A stretch of DNA of 64,000 nucleotides, taken from Pseudomonadota bacterium. Its GTDB lineage: Bacteria; Campylobacterota; Campylobacteria; Campylobacterales; Sulfurimonadaceae. The notes beneath the pieces are model-generated. The model worked only from the letters and a program-made list of their open reading frames with translations, searched no databases and was not told the DNA's origin. Each line of letters starts with the position of its first letter. The first letter of the stretch is position 1. The stretch is taken from contig JAZDQA010000004.1 in the NCBI GenBank assembly GCA_043797085.1, positions 32,001-96,000 on the forward strand. The letters run 5' to 3'. The translations under genes and the position numbers were made by a program. This document shows positions 16,446 to 28,390 of this stretch, in pieces.

Positions 16446-18641
16446 ATGGCAAAAATCATTTGGTCAGTAATTGATGAAGCACCGGCACTAGCGACATATT
16501 CGCTACTTCCAATCGTAAATGCATTCACACTAGCCGCAGGCGTTGAAGTTGTAACAAGTGATATTTCACTTGCAGGTCGTGTTATCGCTACATTCCCCGA
16601 ACGTATGAGCGATACTCAGCGTATTCCCGATAATCTTGCTGAACTTGGTAAGATTGCATTGCAACCAGATGGTAACATCATCAAACTCCCAAATATCTCT
16701 GCTTCTATTCCACAGCTTAAAGCGTGTATTGAAGAGCTTCAAGGTCAAGGTTACGATCTTCCTAACTACCCTGAAGAACCAAAAACCGATGAAGAAAAAG
16801 AGATTTTTGCTCGTTATGCAACCTGTCTTGGTTCTGCGGTTAATCCGGTTCTTCGTGAAGGTAATTCAGATCGTCGTGCAGCCGTTGCAGTTAAAAACTT
16901 TGCTAAGAAAAATCCACATAAACTACGTGCATGGGATGAGGGTTCAAAAACTCGCGTTGCTCACATGAACAGTGGTGATTTTTACGCAAATGAGCAGTCA
17001 GTTATCAAAAATGGCGATGGTAAAGTAACAATCTCTCTTAATGGCAATGTTCTTAAAGAGATCAATGCAGTTGATAAAGAAGTGCTTGACGGTACATTCA
17101 TGAGCGTAAAAGCATTCCGTTCATTTATTGCTGATTCGATTGCTGAAGCGAAAGAAAAAAATATTCTTTGGTCAATTCACTTGAAAGCTACCATGATGAA
17201 AGTTTCTGACCCAATTATGTTTGGTCACGCGGTTGAAGTATTCTTTAAAGATGTATTTGCAAAATACGGTGCTGAGTTCAAAGAAATTGGTGTTAGTGCT
17301 AATCTTGGTCTGGGCGATCTTTACAAAAAATTGGCTAAATTACCTGCTGATAAAAAAGCGGAAATTGAAGCGGCTATTATGGCTGTTTACCCAACGCAAC
17401 CTGCAATGGCAATGGTTGATTCGGATAAAGGTATCACAAACCTTCACGCGTCAAACGATGTTATTATCGATGCATCACTTCCGGTAGTTGTACGTGACGG
17501 CGGTAAAATGTGGAATCCAGCAGGTAAAGTAGAGCAATGTGTTGTGACTATTCCTGACCGTTGTTATGCTACTATGTACGCAGAATGTATTGAAGATTGT
17601 AAGAAAAACGGACAATTCGATGTAACGACTATGGGTTCTGTTTCAAATGTCGGTTTGATGGCTCAAAAAGCAGAAGAGTACGGTTCACATCCGACAACAT
17701 TTGAGCTTGCAGAAGGCGGCGTTGTTACCGTTACTGATGACAGCGGCGTATTAATGACTTTCAATGTTGAGAAGGGTGATATTTGGCGTATGTCTCGTGC
17801 TAAAGATGTTCCGATCAAAGACTGGGTACGTCTTGCAGTAGAGCGTGCAGAGATCGAAAATATCCCAGTTGTATTCTGGTTAGATGAAAATCGTGCACAT
17901 GATGCGCAGATCATCAAAAAAGTAAACGAGTATCTTCCTGAATTCAATAAATCAGGTATTGAGTACCATATTATGGCTCCTGAAAAAGCGATGGCGTTTT
18001 CATTGAAACGTGTACGTGCGGGTCAAAACACCATTTCAGCAACGGGGAATGTTCTTCGTGACTATTTAACGGACTTGTTTCCAATCCTTGAGCTTGGAAC
18101 GTCGGCTAAAATGCTCTCTATCGTTCCTCTTCTTGCAGGCGGAGGATTGTTTGAAACAGGTGCGGGCGGATCGGCTCCGAAACACGTTGAGCAATTCGTA
18201 AACGAGGGGCACCTTCGTTGGGATTCATTGGGTGAGTTCTTGGCATTGGCTGAGTCACTTCGCCACATCAACAAAACAAAAAAAGACAACAAATTGAGCG
18301 CTCTTACAGCAGCTCTTGATGAAGCAAACGCGGCGTATTTGGATAATAACAAAGAGCCGTCACGTAAAGCGGGTGAGCCGGATAACAAAGCAAGTCACTT
18401 TTTCCTTGCACAATACTGGGCAAAAGCATTGGCTGAGCAAACTATTGATGCAGAACTTGCATCAAAATTTGCTAACGTAGCTGCGTCATTGAGTTCAAAT
18501 GAAGCTAAAATTATGGAAGAACTTCTCAGCGTAGAAGGAAAACATCAAGATATCGGTGGTTATTATCACCCTGATCTTGCAAAAGTAACAGCGGCAATGC
18601 GCCCAAGCGCGACATTGAATGCAATTATTGCTTCAATCTAA
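16446..18641 (+). CDS. icd: Monomeric NADP-dependent isocitrate dehydrogenase
   Basis: DEAPALATYSLLP, IKLPNISAS, LKATMMKVSDP, FETGAGGSAPKH. Confidence 0.98.
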   Translation: MAKIIWSVIDEAPALATYSLLPIVNAFTLAAGVEVVTSDISLAGRVIATFPERMSDTQRIPDNLAELGKIALQPDGNIIKLPNISASIPQLKACIEELQGQGYDLPNYPEEPKTDEEKEIFARYATCLGSAVNPVLREGNSDRRAAVAVKNFAKKNPHKLRAWDEGSKTRVAHMNSGDFYANEQSVIKNGDGKVTISLNGNVLKEINAVDKEVLDGTFMSVKAFRSFIADSIAEAKEKNILWSIHLKATMMKVSDPIMFGHAVEVFFKDVFAKYGAEFKEIGVSANLGLGDLYKKLAKLPADKKAEIEAAIMAVYPTQPAMAMVDSDKGITNLHASNDVIIDASLPVVVRDGGKMWNPAGKVEQCVVTIPDRCYATMYAECIEDCKKNGQFDVTTMGSVSNVGLMAQKAEEYGSHPTTFELAEGGVVTVTDDSGVLMTFNVEKGDIWRMSRAKDVPIKDWVRLAVERAEIENIPVVFWLDENRAHDAQIIKKVNEYLPEFNKSGIEYHIMAPEKAMAFSLKRVRAGQNTISATGNVLRDYLTDLFPILELGTSAKMLSIVPLLAGGGLFETGAGGSAPKHVEQFVNEGHLRWDSLGEFLALAESLRHINKTKKDNKLSALTAALDEANAAYLDNNKEPSRKAGEPDNKASHFFLAQYWAKALAEQTIDAELASKFANVAASLSSNEAKIMEELLSVEGKHQDIGGYYHPDLAKVTAAMRPSATLNAIIASI

Positions 18642-18824
18642 CTAACTTCCAGCTTCGGCTGGATCGTTTTTTATCTGTAGAGTTAATCTCTATAGATAAA
18701 AGACGATAGGTTATCGTCTACGGTTTATCTCTCTGATCCTATGCTTATGAGTGTTTTCGTTGGCGAAAGCAGTTTTGAGTATATTGAAGAGAGAGCAACC
18801 TATTTTGACACTAGGAGTTCAAAT

Positions 18825-19781
18825 ATGGGAAAAGGTAAACGTGTCGGAATTATTGGAGCTGGTAATGTAGGCTCCACAATCGCTTATTCTCTTGCGATGT
18901 TAGGCAGTTGTCATGAAATTATCTTACGTGATAATAAAATGGAAATTGCAAAAGGAAAAGCGCTTGATATGTCACAAGCTGCTGCTGCTGTTCGTTCTCA
19001 TACCGTAGTAAGCGTTGCAGAAAAGATGTCTGATTTGACGGATTGTGATATCGTGGTTATTACCGCCGGAAGTCCTCGTCTTCCAGGAATGAGTCGTGAT
19101 GACTTATTGATGATTAATGCAAAAATCACCCGTGAAGTGGTTGCAGGTATTGCGAAATACTCTCCTAATGCCATTATTATTATGGTTTCTAATCCTCTTG
19201 ATGTAATGACATACGTTGCCCTTCGTGAAAGCGGATTTGAACGCAGTCGAGTCATTGGCATGGCGGGTATTTTGGACAGCGCACGTATGGCTGCCTTTAT
19301 CCAAGAGAAACTGGGTTACGGCGGAGGACAAATCCGTGCTTCTGTTATGGGCGGTCATGGCGATGATATGGTTCCATTACCTCGTTATTCGACGGTTGCT
19401 GGTGTTCCACTTTCTGATTTATTGACCCAAGATGAGATTGACGGCATCGTTCAACGCACACGAAAGGGCGGAGCAGAGATTGTTGCATTGTTACAAACAG
19501 GATCAGCGTATTATGCCCCTGCAAAATCAACAGCCATCATGATTGAAGCAATTTTGAAAGATACCAAGCAAATCCATGCATGCGCTGTCTATTTAGACGG
19601 TGAATACGGTTATAACGATGTTGTCAGCGGTGTTCCTGTTATGTTAGGTGCCAATGGAGTAGAAAAAATAATTCAAATTACTTTAAATGATGCGGAAAAA
19701 AAGATGTTCGCTGATTCTTGTCAATCGGTACAAACGTTGATCGATACTCTTAACACTAACAATTTTTTTCAAGGAGAATAA
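18825..19781 (+). CDS. mdh: Malate dehydrogenase (LDH-like)
   Basis: [30 protein letters not shown]. Start set at 18825 after AGGAG. Confidence 0.96.
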   Translation: MGKGKRVGIIGAGNVGSTIAYSLAMLGSCHEIILRDNKMEIAKGKALDMSQAAAAVRSHTVVSVAEKMSDLTDCDIVVITAGSPRLPGMSRDDLLMINAKITREVVAGIAKYSPNAIIIMVSNPLDVMTYVALRESGFERSRVIGMAGILDSARMAAFIQEKLGYGGGQIRASVMGGHGDDMVPLPRYSTVAGVPLSDLLTQDEIDGIVQRTRKGGAEIVALLQTGSAYYAPAKSTAIMIEAILKDTKQIHACAVYLDGEYGYNDVVSGVPVMLGANGVEKIIQITLNDAEKKMFADSCQSVQTLIDTLNTNNFFQGE

Positions 19782-19783
19782 AC

Positions 19784-21175
19784 ATGGGTTTTCGCATAGA
19801 AAAAGACACAATGGGGGAAGTTCGAGTTCCGAATGATACCTACTGGGGAGCGCAAACACAGCGTTCATTAGAAAACTTTCAAATTGGTGAAGAAAAAATG
19901 CCATACGAAATCACTCGTGCATTTTCTCTTTTGAAAAAAGCGGTTGCTTTGGTCAATTGTGATCTTGGAATGTTAAGTAAAGAAAAAGCGGATGCTATCG
20001 CGCAAGCGGCGGATGAGATGCTTGAGGGAAAACTCGACGCACATTATCCTCTTGTCGTTTGGCAAACGGGTTCAGGTACACAATCCAATATGAATAACAA
20101 TGAAGTATTGGCAGCTCGTGCGACTGAGATTTTGGGTGGTGATTTTAGAACTCAAAAATTGGTTCATCCTAATGATGATGTTAATAAATCACAAAGTTCA
20201 AACGATACCTATCCTACAGCATTGCACGTTGCGGCGATTATTGCAGTGGAAACACGTCTTCTCCCTGCTATTGAGCATTTGCGTTCAACGCTTGATGCAA
20301 AAGCCAAAGAGTTCAATGATATCGTTAAAATCGGACGTACGCACTTGCAAGACGCCACTCCGTTAACTCTTGGTCAAGAGATTAGCGGTTGGGTTGAAAT
20401 GCTCAATAAATGCGAAAAAATGGCAAAAACTTCTCTTGAATCCGTTCGTGAGCTTGCTCTTGGCGGAACAGCTGTTGGGACAGGGCTTAATGCCCATCCA
20501 GAACTTGGAGAGCGTGTAGCTGCAAAACTTACAGAGCTTACGGGTCATCAGTTTGTTACTGCACCGAATAAGTTTCATGCTCTAACGTCACATGATGCGC
20601 TTGTGTTTGCCCACGGTGCGCTTAAAGCATTGGCAGCGGATATGATGAAAATCGCCAATGACGTTCGCTGGTTAGCATCAGGTCCTCGTTGCGGTATCGG
20701 TGAAATCACCATTCCGGAAAACGAACCGGGTTCATCGATTATGCCGGGTAAAGTTAATCCGACTCAAAGCGAAGCAGTAACGATGGTAGCGTGTCAAGTT
20801 ATGGGGAACGATACCTGTATCGGTTTCGCTGCAAGTCAAGGAAATTTTGAGCTCAATGTATTCAAACCGGTAATTGCCTATAACTTCTTACAATCTGTAC
20901 GTTTATTGGCGGATTCTATGAATTCGTTTAACGATAACTGTGCAGTAGGAATTGAGCCGGTACGTGAGCAAATCGACCATTATCTCAACAATTCACTGAT
21001 GTTGGTAACTGCATTGAATCCGTACATCGGATATGAAAATGCAGCGAAAATCGCTAAAACAGCCCATAAAGACAATTCGACACTCCGAGCAACAGCAATA
21101 AAGCTAGAGCTTATGAGTGGAGAAGATTTCGATAAATACGTCATCCCTGAAGAGATGACAAGACCAATCGCGTAA
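19784..21175 (+). CDS. fumC: Class II fumarate hydratase
   Basis: [10 protein letters not shown] and [13 protein letters not shown]. Confidence 0.98.
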   Translation: MGFRIEKDTMGEVRVPNDTYWGAQTQRSLENFQIGEEKMPYEITRAFSLLKKAVALVNCDLGMLSKEKADAIAQAADEMLEGKLDAHYPLVVWQTGSGTQSNMNNNEVLAARATEILGGDFRTQKLVHPNDDVNKSQSSNDTYPTALHVAAIIAVETRLLPAIEHLRSTLDAKAKEFNDIVKIGRTHLQDATPLTLGQEISGWVEMLNKCEKMAKTSLESVRELALGGTAVGTGLNAHPELGERVAAKLTELTGHQFVTAPNKFHALTSHDALVFAHGALKALAADMMKIANDVRWLASGPRCGIGEITIPENEPGSSIMPGKVNPTQSEAVTMVACQVMGNDTCIGFAASQGNFELNVFKPVIAYNFLQSVRLLADSMNSFNDNCAVGIEPVREQIDHYLNNSLMLVTALNPYIGYENAAKIAKTAHKDNSTLRATAIKLELMSGEDFDKYVIPEEMTRPIA

Positions 21176-21195
21176 ACTTAAACAGGAGGAAATAA

Positions 21196-22365
21196 ATGAA
21201 TATTCATGAATATCAAGCAAAAGAGTTATTCAAAAAATACAATGTACCTACACCACGCGGTCACATTGTATTTACACCCGATGAGGCGGTAAAAGCAGCA
21301 CAAGAGTTAGGTGGCAGTATTTGGGTTGTTAAAGCTCAAATTCATGCTGGCGGTCGCGGACTTGGTGGAGGTGTTAAATTGGCACGCTCAACGTCAGAAG
21401 TACGTGCATTGGCAGCTGAAATTTTGGGTATGACACTTGTTACTCACCAAACAGGTCCTGAAGGTAAACTGGTACAAAAAGTTTACATCGAAGAGGGTGC
21501 AGACATCAAAAAAGAGTACTATCTTGGGCTTCTTCTTGACCGCGCACTTGAAATGCCTATTATGATGGCATCCACTGAAGGTGGTATGGCAATCGAAGAT
21601 GTTGCCCACAATACTCCTGAAAAGATCATCAAAGTTGCTATCGATCCATTAACTGGTTTCCAACCATTCCATGGTCGTAAATTGGCATTTGGCTTGGGTC
21701 TTCCAACCGAAGAGATCAATGCGTTTATCAAATTCGCATCTGCACTTTATAAAGTTTACATGGATCACGATGCAGAGATGATCGAGATCAATCCATTGGT
21801 TAAAACCGGTGATGGCAAATTTTTGGCACTGGATGCCAAAATGGGCTTTGATAACAATGCATTGTATCGTCAAGATCAAGTTCGTGAAATGCGCGATTTA
21901 AGTGAAGAAGAGCCAACAGAAATCGAAGCGGATAAATACGGTTTGAGTTATATCAAACTAGATGGTAACGTCGGATGTATGGTTAACGGAGCAGGGCTTG
22001 CAATGGGAACTATGGATACCATTAATTATGAAGGTGGAAAGCCTGCTAACTTCCTTGATGTAGGCGGTTCAGCTAGTGCAGAAACTGTTGCAAAAGGGTT
22101 TGATATTATTCTTAAAGATCCTAACGTAAAAGTAATTTTTGTTAATATTTTTGGTGGAATCGTCCGTTGTGATCGTGTTGCGAATGGTATTATTGAAGCA
22201 ACAAAGATTACAAATGTCAATGTACCCATTATTGTTCGTCTCGATGGCACCAATGCTATCGAAGCAGCAGATATTTTGAATAATGCAGGGATTGCAAACA
22301 TCGTAGCAGCAACGGATCTTGCAGACGGTGCACGCAAAGCCGTAGCAGCAGCGAAAGGAGAATAA
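21196..22365 (+). CDS. sucC: Succinyl-CoA synthetase beta subunit
   Basis: [36 protein letters not shown]. Confidence 0.98.
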   Translation: MNIHEYQAKELFKKYNVPTPRGHIVFTPDEAVKAAQELGGSIWVVKAQIHAGGRGLGGGVKLARSTSEVRALAAEILGMTLVTHQTGPEGKLVQKVYIEEGADIKKEYYLGLLLDRALEMPIMMASTEGGMAIEDVAHNTPEKIIKVAIDPLTGFQPFHGRKLAFGLGLPTEEINAFIKFASALYKVYMDHDAEMIEINPLVKTGDGKFLALDAKMGFDNNALYRQDQVREMRDLSEEEPTEIEADKYGLSYIKLDGNVGCMVNGAGLAMGTMDTINYEGGKPANFLDVGGSASAETVAKGFDIILKDPNVKVIFVNIFGGIVRCDRVANGIIEATKITNVNVPIIVRLDGTNAIEAADILNNAGIANIVAATDLADGARKAVAAAKGE

Positions 22366-22368
22366 TAA

Positions 22369-23244
22369 ATGTCAATTTTGGTCAACAAAGATACAAAAGT
22401 TATCGTTCAAGGTTTCACAGGTAAAGAGGGCACTTTCCATGCAGAGCAATGTATGGCATATGGTACTAAAATCGTTGGTGGTGTAACACCGGGTAAAGGT
22501 GGTCAAGAGCACTTAGGACAACCGGTTTTTAATACTGTTTCTGAAGCAGTCGCAGCTACTGGTGCAACTGTTTCCATGATTTTTGTTCCACCTGCTTTTG
22601 TTTCGGATGCAGTGATGGAAGCAGCAGACGCGGGTATTACTCTTGCAGTCATCATTACCGAGGGTGCACCGGTTAAAGATATGATGTTTGCAAAAGCATA
22701 CGCAGTGAAAAAAGACATGATGACTATCGGGCCAAACTGTCCTGGAATTATTACGGCTGATGAATGTAAAATCGGAATTATGCCGGGCTTCATTTTCAAA
22801 AAAGGAAATGTTGGTTTAATCTCTAAGTCAGGTACATTGACCTACGAATCAGCGAACCAAGTCGTTAAAGAAGGCTATGGTATTACGACCGCTGTCGGTA
22901 TCGGCGGCGATCCGATTATCGGGTTGAGTTACAAACAATTGTTACCGATGTTTGAAGCAGATCCTGAAACACATGCTATTGTTATGATCGGTGAAATCGG
23001 TGGTGATTTGGAAATCCAAGCAGCAGCGTACATCAAAGAACATATTACAAAGCCTGTTGTTGCTTTTATCGCTGGTCAAACAGCACCGGCTGGTAAACGT
23101 ATGGGTCATGCGGGTGCGATTATCTCTGGTAGTGCAGGTACAGCGCAGGAGAAAATGGCAGCACTAGAAGCCGCTGGAGTTACGGTTGTCGTTTCTCCGG
23201 CAGATATTGGCAAAGCGATTGCTAAGGTAATGGCAGCATTATGA
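22369..23244 (+). CDS. sucD: Succinyl-CoA synthetase alpha subunit
   Basis: [25 protein letters not shown]. Confidence 0.98.
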   Translation: MSILVNKDTKVIVQGFTGKEGTFHAEQCMAYGTKIVGGVTPGKGGQEHLGQPVFNTVSEAVAATGATVSMIFVPPAFVSDAVMEAADAGITLAVIITEGAPVKDMMFAKAYAVKKDMMTIGPNCPGIITADECKIGIMPGFIFKKGNVGLISKSGTLTYESANQVVKEGYGITTAVGIGGDPIIGLSYKQLLPMFEADPETHAIVMIGEIGGDLEIQAAAYIKEHITKPVVAFIAGQTAPAGKRMGHAGAIISGSAGTAQEKMAALEAAGVTVVVSPADIGKAIAKVMAAL

Positions 23245-23540
23245 TTCATATTTTTGAAGTAGCTAATGTACGTTGTGGCGGTTGTGCTAATACGATTACA
23301 AAAGAGCTTCAAAAGTTTGGATTAAACGACGTGAGCGTTGATCTATCGTGCGAGCCTCGGAAAGTAACAGTAGAAGCTACTGACGAGGCGCAATTAGCAC
23401 AGGTTCAAGCGATATTAAGAAACCTCGGTTATCCTCTTAGTACAGAGGAAAATGGCGGTCTTGATAATGCTGCATTAAAAGTCAAGAGCTTTGTCTCTTG
23501 TGCTGTTGGTAAATTTTCAAACGAAAAAACGTCAGATTAA
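23241..23540 (+). CDS. Heavy-metal-associated (HMA) domain protein
   Basis: NVRCGGC metal motif and C-terminal KSFVSCAVG. Confidence 0.85.
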   Translation: MIHIFEVANVRCGGCANTITKELQKFGLNDVSVDLSCEPRKVTVEATDEAQLAQVQAILRNLGYPLSTEENGGLDNAALKVKSFVSCAVGKFSNEKTSD

Positions 23541-23562
23541 TTTCAAATTGTGAGGAGAATAG

Positions 23563-23892
23563 ATGTTTAAAACGATCAATCCCGGTAATGTCCCTGTATG
23601 GGTCAACACCGACAACTGTAAAGCATGTGATATTTGTGTATCAGTATGTCCATCTGGAGTACTTGGTATGCGTTATGAGCCAACATCGACATTGGGTGCA
23701 ATGATTTCAATCGATCATCCGGAAGCATGTATCGGCTGTAATGAGTGTGAACTCACATGTCCGGATTTTGCTATTTATGTTGCGGATAAAGCAGATTATA
23801 AATTTGCAAAACTTACCGATGATTCTAAAGCTCGTCAAGCGGCTATTATCGCTAATAAGTATATGTCTTTAGACCAAGCAGGAGTGAAATAA
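23563..23892 (+). CDS. oorD: 2-oxoglutarate:acceptor oxidoreductase delta subunit (2x[4Fe-4S])
   Basis: CKACDICVSVCP and CIGCNECELTCPD. Confidence 0.95.
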   Translation: MFKTINPGNVPVWVNTDNCKACDICVSVCPSGVLGMRYEPTSTLGAMISIDHPEACIGCNECELTCPDFAIYVADKADYKFAKLTDDSKARQAAIIANKYMSLDQAGVK

Positions 23893-25046
23893 TGGCACGA
23901 GAAGTAATTTCTACCGGTAATGAATTATCGGCATTAGCAGCATTTGATGTTGAATGTATGTTTTTTGGGGGTTATCCAATCACCCCTTCGTCGGAAGTAA
24001 TGCATGAAATGTCAGATCTTTTACCGACAGTAGGCGGTAAATTTATCCAGATGGAAGATGAGATTGCAGGTATATCCGTTGCACTCGGCGCTTCAATGGC
24101 GGGTACAAAATCAATGACTGCTACATCAGGTCCCGGTATTTCACTTAAAGCAGAGCAAATCGGTTTGGCGTTCATCGCTGAAATCCCTTTGGTTATCGTT
24201 AACGTTATGCGTGGCGGTCCATCAACCGGTCTTCCAACACGTGTATCGCAAGCCGATATCGGTCAAGCACAGTATCCAACCCACGGTGACTATGCTTCAA
24301 TCACTCTTTGTGCCGGTTCACTCGATGAGTGCTATACACAAACAGTTCGCGGATTTAACTTGGCTGAAAAATATATGACTCCTGTTTTTGTTCTTTTGGA
24401 TGAGACAGTAGGGCACATGCACGGAAAAGCGGTTATTCCTGATTTAGAAGAAGTAAAAGCCAACATTGTACGTCGTAAACGTTATGATGGACCAAAAGAG
24501 GATTACAAACCGTATAAAGCGGAAATGAATGAAGCAGCGGTTCTTAACCCTATGTTTGAAGGGTATCGTTATCATATGACTGGTCTTCATCACGGTGAGA
24601 CAGGCTTTCCAACAGAAGATGCTGATCAATGTCAATTTAACATCGCTCGTTTGATGGGGAAAATCAATACAGTAGCCGCTGAGAATGATGGTCTTGATGA
24701 TCTTCCAGACTATGAAGAATTTATGCTTGATGATGACTGTGATGTTGTTTTGATCGCATACGGTTCAATCAGTCGCGGTGCGAAAGAAGCGGTTGTTAAG
24801 CTTCGTGCAGACGGAATTAAAGCGGGATTATTCAGACCGATTACATTGTGGCCAAGTCCTGCAAAACGACTCAAAGAGATCGGTGATAAATTTGAGAAAA
24901 TTTTCATTACTGAGCTTAACATGGGTCAATACATGAGAGAAATCGAGCGTGTTATGCACCGCAGCAATTTTGCTTCATTGCACAAAGCAAACGGTCGCCC
25001 AATTGCACCACTTGAGATGGTAGCTAAAGTTAAGGAGATGTTCTAA
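23892..25046 (+). CDS. oorA: 2-oxoglutarate:acceptor oxidoreductase alpha subunit
   Basis: GGYPITPSSE, QMEDEIAG, RGGPSTGLPTR. Confidence 0.96.
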   Translation: MAREVISTGNELSALAAFDVECMFFGGYPITPSSEVMHEMSDLLPTVGGKFIQMEDEIAGISVALGASMAGTKSMTATSGPGISLKAEQIGLAFIAEIPLVIVNVMRGGPSTGLPTRVSQADIGQAQYPTHGDYASITLCAGSLDECYTQTVRGFNLAEKYMTPVFVLLDETVGHMHGKAVIPDLEEVKANIVRRKRYDGPKEDYKPYKAEMNEAAVLNPMFEGYRYHMTGLHHGETGFPTEDADQCQFNIARLMGKINTVAAENDGLDDLPDYEEFMLDDDCDVVLIAYGSISRGAKEAVVKLRADGIKAGLFRPITLWPSPAKRLKEIGDKFEKIFITELNMGQYMREIERVMHRSNFASLHKANGRPIAPLEMVAKVKEMF

Positions 25047-25900
25047 TGGCTTTTAATTATGATCAATATTTACGTGTAGAGAAAATGCCGACACTTTGGT
25101 GTTGGGGTTGTGGCGATGGAGTAATCCTAAAAGCGTGTATCCGTGCTATCGAAAAGATGCAATGGGATATGGATAAAGTATGTGTCGTATCGGGTATCGG
25201 TTGTTCTGGACGTTTTAGTTCATACATCAATTGTAATACTGTACACACTACGCATGGTCGTACAATCGCCTATGCTACAGGTATCAAACTAACTCGTCCG
25301 GATGCACACGTTATCGTCGTTGCAGGAGACGGTGACGGACTTGCTATCGGTGGTAACCATACGATTCACGGATGTCGTCGTAATATCGATTTGAACTTTA
25401 TTTTGATTAATAACTTCATCTACGGTTTGACCAATTCACAAATCTCACCAACGACTCCTCAGGGTATGTGGTGTGTATCGGCACAAAACGGTAATATCGA
25501 CCCGACTTTTGATGCATGTAAGCTTGCTATTGGTGCAGGTGCTTCATTTGTAGCGCGTGAGAGTATGCTTGACCCTAAAAAATTGGAAAAAATCTTTGTT
25601 AAAGGATTCTCTCATAAAGGATTCTCGTTCATGGATATTATGTCAAACTGCCATATTAACCTTGGTCGTAAAAACAAGATGGCAAGTGCGATGGAAAATC
25701 TTGAATGGATTGACAGTATTACTACACCATTGAAAAAATGGGAAGCATTAAGCCCTGAAGAGCAAATGAACAAATTCCCTACGGGCGTATTGCGTGAAGT
25801 CCAACAAGCTGAATATTGTGAAATGTATGACATGGTTATTGAAGCAGCACAAGGTAAGCGCGGAAAAATCACACAAGACGATTTTGCGAAAAAAATCTAA
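25046..25900 (+). CDS. oorB: 2-oxoglutarate:acceptor oxidoreductase beta subunit
   Basis: WCWGCGDG, SGIGCS, GDGDGLAIGGNH TPP motif. Confidence 0.96.
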   Translation: MAFNYDQYLRVEKMPTLWCWGCGDGVILKACIRAIEKMQWDMDKVCVVSGIGCSGRFSSYINCNTVHTTHGRTIAYATGIKLTRPDAHVIVVAGDGDGLAIGGNHTIHGCRRNIDLNFILINNFIYGLTNSQISPTTPQGMWCVSAQNGNIDPTFDACKLAIGAGASFVARESMLDPKKLEKIFVKGFSHKGFSFMDIMSNCHINLGRKNKMASAMENLEWIDSITTPLKKWEALSPEEQMNKFPTGVLREVQQAEYCEMYDMVIEAAQGKRGKITQDDFAKKI

Positions 25901-25909
25901 GGAGAAACC

Positions 25910-26473
25910 ATGAGAAGTACGATACGATTTACAGGAGTAGGTGGACAGGGTGTTCTTCTCGCCGGTGAGATTATGGCTGCGGCTAAAATCAAACTTGGCG
26001 GTCATGGCCTTAAAACAGCTACGTATACATCACAAGTTCGTGGTGGGGCAACCGTTGTTGATATTACGTTAGATGATACTGAAATTTTTTACCCATATGC
26101 AAATGAAGGTGAAATTGACTTTATGCTTTCGGTTGCAAATGTCAGTTATCAACAATTCAAAAATGGGGTTAAACCAGGTGGAATTATTGTAATTGAGCCA
26201 AACTTGGTTCACCCGACAGAAGAAGACCGTCAAAAATGGATCATTGTAGAGATTCCAATCATCACCATTGCAAAAGAAGAAGTGGGTAATGTTATTACTC
26301 AATCGGTTGTTGCATTGGGTATCACCAATGAGTTTACCGGCGTACTTGATCCCGAAACTCTTCGTGAAGTAATGCTTTCGAAAGTTCCAAAAAAAGTACA
26401 TGAAGTAAATAATACAGCATGGGCTTTAGGCATCAAATATGCCAAAGAAGCGAAAGCTAAACTCGGAATGTAA
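25910..26473 (+). CDS. oorC: 2-oxoglutarate:acceptor oxidoreductase gamma subunit
   Basis: GVGGQGVLLAG and YTSQVRGG. Confidence 0.96.
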   Translation: MRSTIRFTGVGGQGVLLAGEIMAAAKIKLGGHGLKTATYTSQVRGGATVVDITLDDTEIFYPYANEGEIDFMLSVANVSYQQFKNGVKPGGIIVIEPNLVHPTEEDRQKWIIVEIPIITIAKEEVGNVITQSVVALGITNEFTGVLDPETLREVMLSKVPKKVHEVNNTAWALGIKYAKEAKAKLGM

Positions 26474-26478
26474 TTTTT

Positions 26479-26507
26479 TGTTATTTCCCTTGTTTTGGGA
26501 AATAACA
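26479..26507 (+). terminator. Hairpin ending the rTCA operon
   Basis: TGTTATTTCCC-TTGTTTT-GGGAAATAACA perfect 11-bp stem just after oorC. Confidence 0.6.
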
Positions 26508-26613
26508 CTAGGTTCTCCTTAAATCTATCTTCTAAAATTCTCAAAAAAACTTCATTTTTACTTTTTTTTACTCTATATATGTTAAAATAACAAAATATAA
26601 TAGATGGATTTTA

Positions 26614-27816
26614 ATGAAGATATTTTTTGCTTTATTGGTAGTTTTTTTTACTTTTGCTTTGAATGCGGATACTCAAAGTAAAAAACGGATTTTTATTTTG
26701 CATTCCTATGCCCAAGAGTACGAATGGACAAAATTGCAACACCTAAAATTTGTTTCAAGCTTGGAAGAATCGTTATCTTTTCCATTAGAAATTTCGACAG
26801 AGTATTTGGATACCAAACGTCTTAAATTTGATGAAGAATATCAATCATTTTTTCTTCACTATTTGCAAAAAAAATATAATGAATACAATCCGGATGTCAT
26901 TTATGTTACCGATGATAATGCGCTAACTTTTTTTTCAAACCATCAAAAAGCATTATTTGTCGGAAAACCGATCTTTTTTTCAGGTATTAACAACCTTTTT
27001 TTGCTAAGTTCATTGGATCCAAAAAAGTTCACAGGAGTTTATGAGACTAAAGATATTGAACCGAATATTGAATTAATCAAACAATTTTCTCCTCAAACAC
27101 GTGATATATGGATTGTAGGTGACAGATCAACGACGTATCAGGCCATTGAATCGGATATTAAAAAAAAGATACATCATTTTCCTAAATATACGTTTCATTT
27201 TCTTTCAACCGATAAAATTGATGAGATTATGCAGCAGCTTCCAAAAACTCCAAAGTCTTTTGTTCTCCTGACTACAATCGGAGGATGGAGTGATCAAAGC
27301 GGTAGAATTTTGACGCTTAAAGAATCAATCAATACCTTAAAAAGCAATAAGCACCTAATCCTTTGCAGCATGGAAGATGCTTACTTACTTGGAGGAGTTG
27401 TCGGAGGATTCGTAACCAGCGGAGCGAATCAAGGGCTTGAAGCGGCTAAATTGGCTACACGTTATTTTAGTGGTGAACCTCTTTCATCGATACATTCTAT
27501 TATCAAAAGTCCTAATGGTTATATTTTTGATAGACGAGCGCTTATTGAATCAAGATTGATTCTTTCTGAATATACTGCACGTAATGCAATTATTTTAAAT
27601 GAAAAGAAAAACTTTTTCGAGCAGCATCAGGAGATGATTTTAAATACTCTATTTATCGTAATGACTTTATTTTTAATTTTTCTTATCATTGTCTATTTTG
27701 TCGCCTTACAAAAAAAATCACACTTGCATCAAGTAGAATCAGAGCTTGATGAATGTTCTACAGAATTATTAGTGCTAAAAGAGAAACTTGCTTTGATGAA
27801 GCAACAATATGAATAA
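26614..27816 (+). CDS. ABC-substrate-binding-like periplasmic sensor protein with C-terminal TM and short coiled coil
   Basis: Signal peptide, ILHSYAQEYEWT, EYLDTKR, DDNAL, IFFSGIN, GVVGG motifs; no output domain. Confidence 0.75.
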   Translation: MKIFFALLVVFFTFALNADTQSKKRIFILHSYAQEYEWTKLQHLKFVSSLEESLSFPLEISTEYLDTKRLKFDEEYQSFFLHYLQKKYNEYNPDVIYVTDDNALTFFSNHQKALFVGKPIFFSGINNLFLLSSLDPKKFTGVYETKDIEPNIELIKQFSPQTRDIWIVGDRSTTYQAIESDIKKKIHHFPKYTFHFLSTDKIDEIMQQLPKTPKSFVLLTTIGGWSDQSGRILTLKESINTLKSNKHLILCSMEDAYLLGGVVGGFVTSGANQGLEAAKLATRYFSGEPLSSIHSIIKSPNGYIFDRRALIESRLILSEYTARNAIILNEKKNFFEQHQEMILNTLFIVMTLFLIFLIIVYFVALQKKSHLHQVESELDECSTELLVLKEKLALMKQQYE

Positions 27817-28390
27817 AAAAATCACATTAGCCGTATTATTTTTCATTTTTTTATTAATTGCTGTGCCTGCAATTCAATCATTATTTTTTGCCCAACAAAC
27901 AACAGGCAAAATAATAGTCAATAAAAATATTGAGGCCCCTTATCTCGCTTCTGCTGATAAAGATTTAATACTGGTCTTTTTTGGATATGTAGGTTGTGTT
28001 AAAGTATGTAGTCCTATTTTACAGCAACTTAGCAATTTTTATGACTCTTCCGAATTTGCTCCTGTCCAGCCGTTTGTTTCTTTTTCGTTTGTTAATCTAA
28101 TGCCACAATTGGAATCCGATCAGCCTGATCTCTTTGCAAAATCATTTAATCCGGAATTTAAGGGCATTTATTTGAGCCAAAAAGAGTTGATGGGCATTGA
28201 CAGACAATTTAGCCTTTTCTTTTCAAATAGCTTGCGTGATGAAGGTGAGATTGATCACAGTGATCATCTTTATTTACTGCAACGGCAAAAGAATGGGCTA
28301 TTGCTATTGAAAAATATCTATACAACGCATCCTCTTAACCAAAAAAGACTCATTCATGATATACTTGAAATACAAAAGGAAACAGAATGA
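27809..28390 (+). CDS. SCO/SenC-family copper chaperone
   Basis: N-terminal TM, FFGYVGCVKVC (CxxxC), IDHSDHLYL conserved His. Confidence 0.88.
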   Translation: MNKKITLAVLFFIFLLIAVPAIQSLFFAQQTTGKIIVNKNIEAPYLASADKDLILVFFGYVGCVKVCSPILQQLSNFYDSSEFAPVQPFVSFSFVNLMPQLESDQPDLFAKSFNPEFKGIYLSQKELMGIDRQFSLFFSNSLRDEGEIDHSDHLYLLQRQKNGLLLLKNIYTTHPLNQKRLIHDILEIQKETE

